Program-made: the position numbers and the translations under genes | Notes under the pieces: model-generated | What the model was told of the DNA's origin: nothing | The model's input: the letters and a program-made list of their open reading frames with translations, nothing else | The model's database searches: none | Source of the DNA: Nitrospirota bacterium | GTDB taxonomy: Bacteria > Nitrospirota > Thermodesulfovibrionia > Thermodesulfovibrionales > Dissulfurispiraceae | Direction of reading: 5' to 3' | DNA: 64,000 nucleotides | Assembly (NCBI GenBank): GCA_040758355.1 | Contig: JBFLWF010000012.1 | Span: 1 to 64,000 of the forward strand | Part shown: in pieces, positions 58,731-64,000 of the stretch | How positions within the stretch are numbered: the first letter of the stretch is position 1 | Layout: each line of letters starts with the position of its first letter

Positions 58731-59951
58731 TCAAGCCTTCTTCCTGCTCTCAAACCTTAGTTCACCTGTATAAACCGGGATGGCAAACTTCAGCAACAGT
58801 GTATAAAACAAAGCTCCAAGCGCCCATATCCCTATAGTAATAAAGCCTTCTGCCATCGTAGGCCAGTATTCATATATCTCCCCGAGGGTATCGGGAATAA
58901 ATCCGGGGATAATCAGACCCAGACCCTTTTCTATGTATACCCCAAGGATTATTAATACAGCGCCTATGTTTAAGGTTTTAAAATTCTCGCGGGTCTTCGG
59001 TATCAGGAAGATAATAAAGGCTATGACATTAAATATAAGGGCTGTCCACATCCACGGCACCAATAGTTTTTTCCCATGCAGTCCGAAATATAGATATTCC
59101 AATGGAGCCTTGTGAATGCTGTTAGAATAAAACTCCTTAAATACCTCTGCGCCGAACAGGAAAAGATTAATGCCCATGGCATACGCTACCAATTCAGCAA
59201 TTTTAAAGATTGCCCTATTTTCTATCTCCACTCTTGTGAGCTTTCTGATGACCTGAAACAGAATCAACATAATGGCCGGGCCTGAACAAAAGGCAGATGC
59301 AAGAAACCTCGGCGCCAGTATGGATGCGTTCCAGAAAGGTCTGGATGGGAATCCATTATATAGAAATGCCGTTACTGTATGTATGCTCACCGCCCATGGG
59401 ATAGAAAGCAATATCAATGGCCAGATTAACGATAGCTTGTATTCCTTCCCGATGGAGAGCCTGTACAGGGCGTAAAGGACAAGAGCAAGGTTTATAAAGA
59501 GATACCCGTTCAAGACTATTACATCCCATGCGAGGAGGGAGGATGGGAAATTCATCATTCCCACAACAGGCAGGAGATGCCAAACCTTTTGCGGCTGCCC
59601 TAAATCAACCATTATGAAGAGTATGCACATGGTAATTGCTGTTATAGCAACCATTTCGCCAAAGAGCACAATCTCCTTAATGGGTTTAAAATTATATAAA
59701 TATGCTGGAACTACCAGAAGGACCGCTGCCGCAGCTACACCAACAAGAAAGGTGAAATTTGCTATGTAAAACCCCCACGATACCTGATCCCTCATAGCGG
59801 TTGTGATCAAACCCTTGTCGATCTGCTGGATATACGCGCTAATTCCAAAAACAATCAGTATACAAAGAAAAGCAACCCATGCATAATACTTTTTACCTCC
59901 CCTCGTTATCTGTAGAAGCGCCTTAAAAAAGTTTTTTATCATGTTATACAT
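58731..59951 (-). CDS. NrfD/PsrC/DsrP family membrane quinol-interacting subunit
   Basis: VSWGFYIANFTFLVGVAAAA, DLGQP, SIHTVTAF, APRFLASAF; about 10 TM segments. Confidence 0.9.
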   Translation of the reverse strand: MYNMIKNFFKALLQITRGGKKYYAWVAFLCILIVFGISAYIQQIDKGLITTAMRDQVSWGFYIANFTFLVGVAAAAVLLVVPAYLYNFKPIKEIVLFGEMVAITAITMCILFIMVDLGQPQKVWHLLPVVGMMNFPSSLLAWDVIVLNGYLFINLALVLYALYRLSIGKEYKLSLIWPLILLSIPWAVSIHTVTAFLYNGFPSRPFWNASILAPRFLASAFCSGPAIMLILFQVIRKLTRVEIENRAIFKIAELVAYAMGINLFLFGAEVFKEFYSNSIHKAPLEYLYFGLHGKKLLVPWMWTALIFNVIAFIIFLIPKTRENFKTLNIGAVLIILGVYIEKGLGLIIPGFIPDTLGEIYEYWPTMAEGFITIGIWALGALFYTLLLKFAIPVYTGELRFESRKKA

Positions 59952-59966
59952 TTACCAACCTCCCTA

Positions 59967-60899
59967 TTAAACTTGCCAGCCAGTAAAGAAGTAATAAAAT
60001 TTTGGCTCAGTATTTATGTCCTCTTTCAACCTGAAGACCCTCTTATTTTCAATAAGGTACCTTATCTCACTTTTAGGGTCTAAAAGATTGCCGAACTTCC
60101 TTGCTCCTACCGGACATACCTCAACGCATGCAGGATATTTGCCTGCCCTTGTCCTCTGTATGCAGAAGGTGCATTTTTCCACAACACCTTTATAGCGCGG
60201 ACGATTCCCAAGATAATGGGTCTCGGGATTTAATTCATTTTGCGGGATATTGGGTTTTGCCCAGTTGAAGCGCCTTGCGCCATAAGGGCATGCAGCCATA
60301 CAGTATCTGCAGCCGATGCACCAGTTATAATCGACAACTATAATGCCGTCGGGCTCTTTCCATGTTGCCTGTGTAGGGCACGCCTTTACGCATGGTGGGT
60401 TCTCGCACTGCTGACACTGTACAGGCATATAAAAGAAGCCCTTCTCGGGGACCTCTTTTGGGTTATAGTATTTCTCGGAATTTTCGAGATCAATCCATTT
60501 ATCGCCCTTCTTGAATCGCAGTACAGAAATCCAGTGGACCTGAGGAGTTCGTGATTGGTTGTTCTCTGCTACACATGCATACACGCAGCGCCTGCAGCCG
60601 ATGCATCTGGAAAGATCAAGGCCATATCCAAACTTTACTCCGGGCCTTGGCTTTGTTGCACTGATATGGATATCCTTCTTCCATTCAAGGGATGCCTCCT
60701 TTTCCAGTTTCTCGATTACCCTTTTGATCTCCTCATCCGTCATCTCCTTGAAGTGCTTCTGGGAAAAAGCATCCCAGTTGAACGCATCTGCAGTTTGCAG
60801 CGGAAGGGCTGATGCAGCAAGACCTGCTGCTGCACCCTTCAAGAATGTCCTTCTATCAAGCCTGAGTCCCATCGGGTTGTTCCTTATTTTCTTTGACAT
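59967..60899 (-). CDS. Tat-exported 4Fe-4S subunit (NrfC/DsrO-like)
   Basis: DRRTFLK, CIGCRRCVYAC, CQQCENPPCVKACP, CIGCRYCMAACP, KCTFC. Confidence 0.92.
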   Translation of the reverse strand: MSKKIRNNPMGLRLDRRTFLKGAAAGLAASALPLQTADAFNWDAFSQKHFKEMTDEEIKRVIEKLEKEASLEWKKDIHISATKPRPGVKFGYGLDLSRCIGCRRCVYACVAENNQSRTPQVHWISVLRFKKGDKWIDLENSEKYYNPKEVPEKGFFYMPVQCQQCENPPCVKACPTQATWKEPDGIIVVDYNWCIGCRYCMAACPYGARRFNWAKPNIPQNELNPETHYLGNRPRYKGVVEKCTFCIQRTRAGKYPACVEVCPVGARKFGNLLDPKSEIRYLIENKRVFRLKEDINTEPKFYYFFTGWQV

Positions 60900-60912
60900 G
60901 GCTGTTTAACCT

Positions 60913-61422
60913 CTACTTTAATTTAATGTCCGCTGGTCTCGTTGGCGGCTGTTTTGGTTCAAACGGTTTAAACCTCGGCTGATGCGGGTCATGGCAGGTT
61001 ACGCAGATACGATAAACCTTTTCTCCGTCCCACATTCCTGTGGTCTTGCCGTGAATACCTGCCTTCCAGTCCCTGATCACAGTTCCATGACACTGGCCGC
61101 AGAGGATGTATGATTTCTCATAATCTATCAACTGTCCGTTGGCTAATTTCAATTTGTCCCCCTCATGACAGTTGAAACACCACTGCTGATCCTCTGCATG
61201 TTTGAGCACTATGTTGGAGTGATTCCCCACCAGTTTTCTCTTTGCTTTGTTAACAGGCAAGTACCTGTGGCACTTGGAACAGGGATAATTCTCAGGAGGC
61301 ATGGGCTTGGTTATAATCAGCTTTGGAACATCTTCTTCTGCATTCCCTGAATTAAAGAAGAATGCCGAAACAAAAAACAATACCGAGAAAATCACTGCTA
61401 ACTTGCTTCTTCTCTTCATCAC
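60913..61422 (-). CDS. Tetraheme c-type cytochrome
   Basis: CSKCH, CFNCH, CGQCH, CVTCH; signal peptide. Confidence 0.9.
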   Translation of the reverse strand: MMKRRSKLAVIFSVLFFVSAFFFNSGNAEEDVPKLIITKPMPPENYPCSKCHRYLPVNKAKRKLVGNHSNIVLKHAEDQQWCFNCHEGDKLKLANGQLIDYEKSYILCGQCHGTVIRDWKAGIHGKTTGMWDGEKVYRICVTCHDPHQPRFKPFEPKQPPTRPADIKLK

Positions 61423-61456
61423 GGACTCCGTTTTAAAAGATTTTTTAGAATGAATA

Positions 61457-61471
61457 ACAAAAACGATGCCA
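61457..61471 (-). promoter_or_regulatory. Putative sigma-54 (-24/-12) promoter
   Basis: TGGCAT-CGTTT-TTGT on the minus strand (consensus TGGCAC-N5-TTGC), 35 nt upstream of the first operon gene. Confidence 0.6.
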
Positions 61472-61534
61472 GGAATGGAATTCCTTTAAAATCAAGACCA
61501 TCTCTTCACTGCCTGCAAATATGGACATAAATTG

Positions 61535-61550
61535 GTTGCAATGGTGCAAC
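61535..61550. promoter_or_regulatory. Putative enhancer-binding-protein site
   Basis: Palindrome GTTGCA-atgg-TGCAAC ~65 nt upstream of the sigma-54-like box. Confidence 0.45.
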
Positions 61551-61559
61551 TTTGAAATC

Positions 61560-62924
61560 CTAAATACGTTGCAGGAATTTAACTTTATCCGGGCCATGCG
61601 GTTCTCTATCTTTTAATGATACCCAGACAGTTTGATGATCTCTTATGGACTTCCTCTTTACAGGCAGAGTAAAGATAAATCTGCTGCCCTTGCCATGTTC
61701 GCTCTCCACATGGATCGTTCCTCCATGCATTTCAACGAGCCTCTTTACAATGGAAAGGCCGAGACCTGTACCCTCGATCTTCTCCATTCGTTCTGACCGA
61801 AGCTGTTCATAGGCATTGAATATGCTCTCATGGTGCTCTGGCGCAATCCCCTTTCCTGTGTCCCAGACGATGACCTCTACCGAATCGTTTATCTCCCCTG
61901 CCTTTATTCCTGCCTTGCCTCCGTCAGGGGTGTATTTTATGGCATTCTCCAGAAGATTAATGATTATCTCTCTAAAACGCATCTCATCTCCGCAGCAATA
62001 TGTGTCCTTGATGTCTTCTGTTTCAAGCGATATATCGATATTTTTATCCCTTGCCTTTAAATAGAGCATCCCTACTGTGTCATGGATTGCATCGGAAATC
62101 CTGAATGGCTTTATTGATAACTTAATATTTCCGGTTTCTATCTTTGAAAGTTCCATTATTTCGTTGAGGAGTGCATTTATATGTTCTATGGCCTCGTCTA
62201 TCCTTTTCCGGCATAGCTCTCTTTCTTCGGCAGCCGTGCTATAAGAGGTATAAAGCAGCGCTGAAAATCCCCTGACTGCATTAAGCGGCGTTTTTATTTC
62301 ATGCGAGAGGTTGGCGATAAAGTTAGACTGTGCAATATACAACCGTTTTATTTCTTCCTGTTTTCTAAAAAGCCTGTCAGATAGGTATGTAACAAACTAG
62401 GCTGTAAGTATAAGCGTGCTGATGAACACAGTCCCATAGATGGAAATAACCTCTATTCCTGCAAAGAACATCGGCCTATCTTTGAATATGCCGAAATGTG
62501 GCAAAATGCCGATATGCTTTAGCCCTAAAACGGTACTCTGAAGGATTACAGCAAAGGCTGTAAATCTATATGCCCATTTCTTCGGAAGGATAATGCCTGT
62601 TATCACGACATGGAAGATATAGTAATAAAGAAACGGGCTGTCGCAACTGCCCGAAAAATAGATTGCAGCGCTCAGTGCGATATAATCAAGGCCGATCTGT
62701 AAAACAGCGTCACCGAAAAGGTTTTCCGAAGGAAGTCTTAATCTACTTTGAAAATATAAATTATAGGCAACAACAGGAACGAGGATTATATAAACCGGGA
62801 ATATAGGGAAATCGAGTTTAAATATCCCTCTTAATGAGTGTGCTGCCACGAATACAGCCGCACACGCCAGCCATCTGAGGTTTATGAGCCATTTAAGATG
62901 TTCCCTTAACTCAGAATTATTCAT
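61560..62924 (-). pseudogene. Membrane sensor histidine kinase interrupted by an in-frame TAG (62397-62399)
   Basis: The TM ORF and the HisKA/HATPase ORF ([30 protein letters not shown]) share one frame: [27 protein letters not shown]. Confidence 0.8.
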
Positions 62925-64000
62925 GCCCTGCGGTCTTAAAGCCTGCTGCAGAATCTCTCAAATCCTCCGCTATCCTTGTAAGTGCATTTACCTCATGCAT
63001 TACATCGTCAGCCATCTTCTCCATGTCTTTTGATATGGCCGATGTCTTATCTATATTCTTTGCAACCTCTTCGGATGCCGACGACTGCTCGTCTACTGCC
63101 GTGGCTATCTGGGTTATCTGGTCTCTGACCCTTTGCACAGACTCCACAATGGTATCCAGAACATTTTTTAAGTTCTTAACATGTCCAACTGCCTTTGTTA
63201 TACCTTTTGAGGATTCTGTCATTGATTTCGTTGTTTTCCCTGATTCTGTTTGAACAGCGCCTATCTTTTCTGATATTTCCGATGTCGCTTTTATTGTCCT
63301 CTCAGCGAGCTTCCTGACTTCATCGGCTACCACTGCAAATCCCCTTCCCTGCTCACCTGCCCTTGCTGCCTCGATTGCTGCATTGAGGGCGAGCAAATTT
63401 GTCTGGTCTGCAATGTCCTTGATTACCGTGACAATGCCTCCTATTTCCCCTATCCTGCTGTTCAGCTTTTCAACCATTTCTGCAAGTTCTCCGGTCGATG
63501 CATGCACCTCGTTTATTGTTTCAACAGTTAAATCCGTTATCTGTTTGCCGCTTTCTGCTATTTCCATTGCCTCCGATGACGTATCCGATGCCACTGATGC
63601 GTTCTTCGCTATATCGGTGATTGTCTTGCTCATCTCTTCTGCTGCTGTTGCTATCTGGTGGGCCTGGGAAGATTGATTTTTTGCTCCTTCTGATGTCTTT
63701 TCCGTCCTTGTTTCCAATACATCCACTGTTGATACCACTTTGTTTGACGATACGAGTATGCCGTTTATCATGTTATTAAAGGACTGGATCATTCTGTTCA
63801 TGTCGTGTGCGAGGACGCCTATTTCATCTTTACTGTGATAATCTATTGTGGCTCTCAAATCTCCTTCTGACAACTGCCTGACCTTTTCTATCAGATGAGT
63901 CAATGGCCTGAAGGCAATTGTAACAAGAAAGAATATTGCTCCTGTTACCGACAGCATGCCCATCAGTCCGAGCCCGAAATAGAGATTGCGGGACGACCTG
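62917..64000 (-). CDS. Methyl-accepting chemotaxis protein (5' part outside the window)
   Basis: HAMP (DEIGVLA), [38 protein letters not shown]. Confidence 0.95.
   Translation of the reverse strand, partial: RSSRNLYFGLGLMGMLSVTGAIFFLVTIAFRPLTHLIEKVRQLSEGDLRATIDYHSKDEIGVLAHDMNRMIQSFNNMINGILVSSNKVVSTVDVLETRTEKTSEGAKNQSSQAHQIATAAEEMSKTITDIAKNASVASDTSSEAMEIAESGKQITDLTVETINEVHASTGELAEMVEKLNSRIGEIGGIVTVIKDIADQTNLLALNAAIEAARAGEQGRGFAVVADEVRKLAERTIKATSEISEKIGAVQTESGKTTKSMTESSKGITKAVGHVKNLKNVLDTIVESVQRVRDQITQIATAVDEQSSASEEVAKNIDKTSAISKDMEKMADDVMHEVNALTRIAEDLRDSAAGFKTAGHE

Noticed and set aside
58694..58733. The NrfD UGA stop is in frame with Mo enzyme 1 (possible read-through fusion)
   Set aside because: The downstream gene has its own AGGAGGAGG RBS and Tat signal; the spacer is A/T-rich with no hairpin and no Cys-equivalent context
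62397..62399. Pyrrolysine recoding of the kinase TAG
   Set aside because: TM-helix position, no methylamine-methyltransferase context and no pyl genes in the window

Overview
A 64-kb bacterial chromosomal window. Gene content and order suggest an anaerobic Nitrospirota (Thermodesulfovibrionia-like) or Desulfobacterota-like organism; this is inference only. (1) 1-9.3 kb: ilvC, a BrnT/BrnA toxin-antitoxin pair, psd-pssA-leuA, a solo dynamin-like GTPase, leuC and a RidA-family gene. (2) 9.5-31.9 kb: a minus-strand dcw cluster (mraZ to ftsZ plus a radical SAM gene). It is interrupted by two small unannotated ORFs, a D,D-carboxypeptidase, a DUF433 cassette and ~200-nt hairpin elements, and many of its genes carry in-frame heptamer repeats. 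(3) 32-43.2 kb: bioF, gpsA, larB, regulators, rimI/tsaB, an MFS transporter, a Zn/Mn ABC transporter, an Lpp-like lipoprotein facing an L,D-transpeptidase, tRNA-Val and tRNA-Asp. (4) 43.3-61.4 kb: a ~18-kb co-oriented respiratory cluster behind a probable sigma-54 promoter. It encodes two Tat-exported Mo/W-bisPGD enzymes, three DmsB/NrfC-type Fe-S subunits, NrfD, two c-type cytochromes, two TorD chaperones, an outer-membrane barrel and two PKD-domain proteins. One Fe-S subunit has an in-frame UGA exactly at a cluster-ligating Cys (probable selenocysteine), and a PKD protein may have a second. (5) A histidine kinase broken by an in-frame TAG, and a partial MCP. The most novel candidates are the selenoprotein-containing respiratory cluster and the dispersed structured ~200-nt element family. 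No database searches were run; all family calls come from motif recognition.
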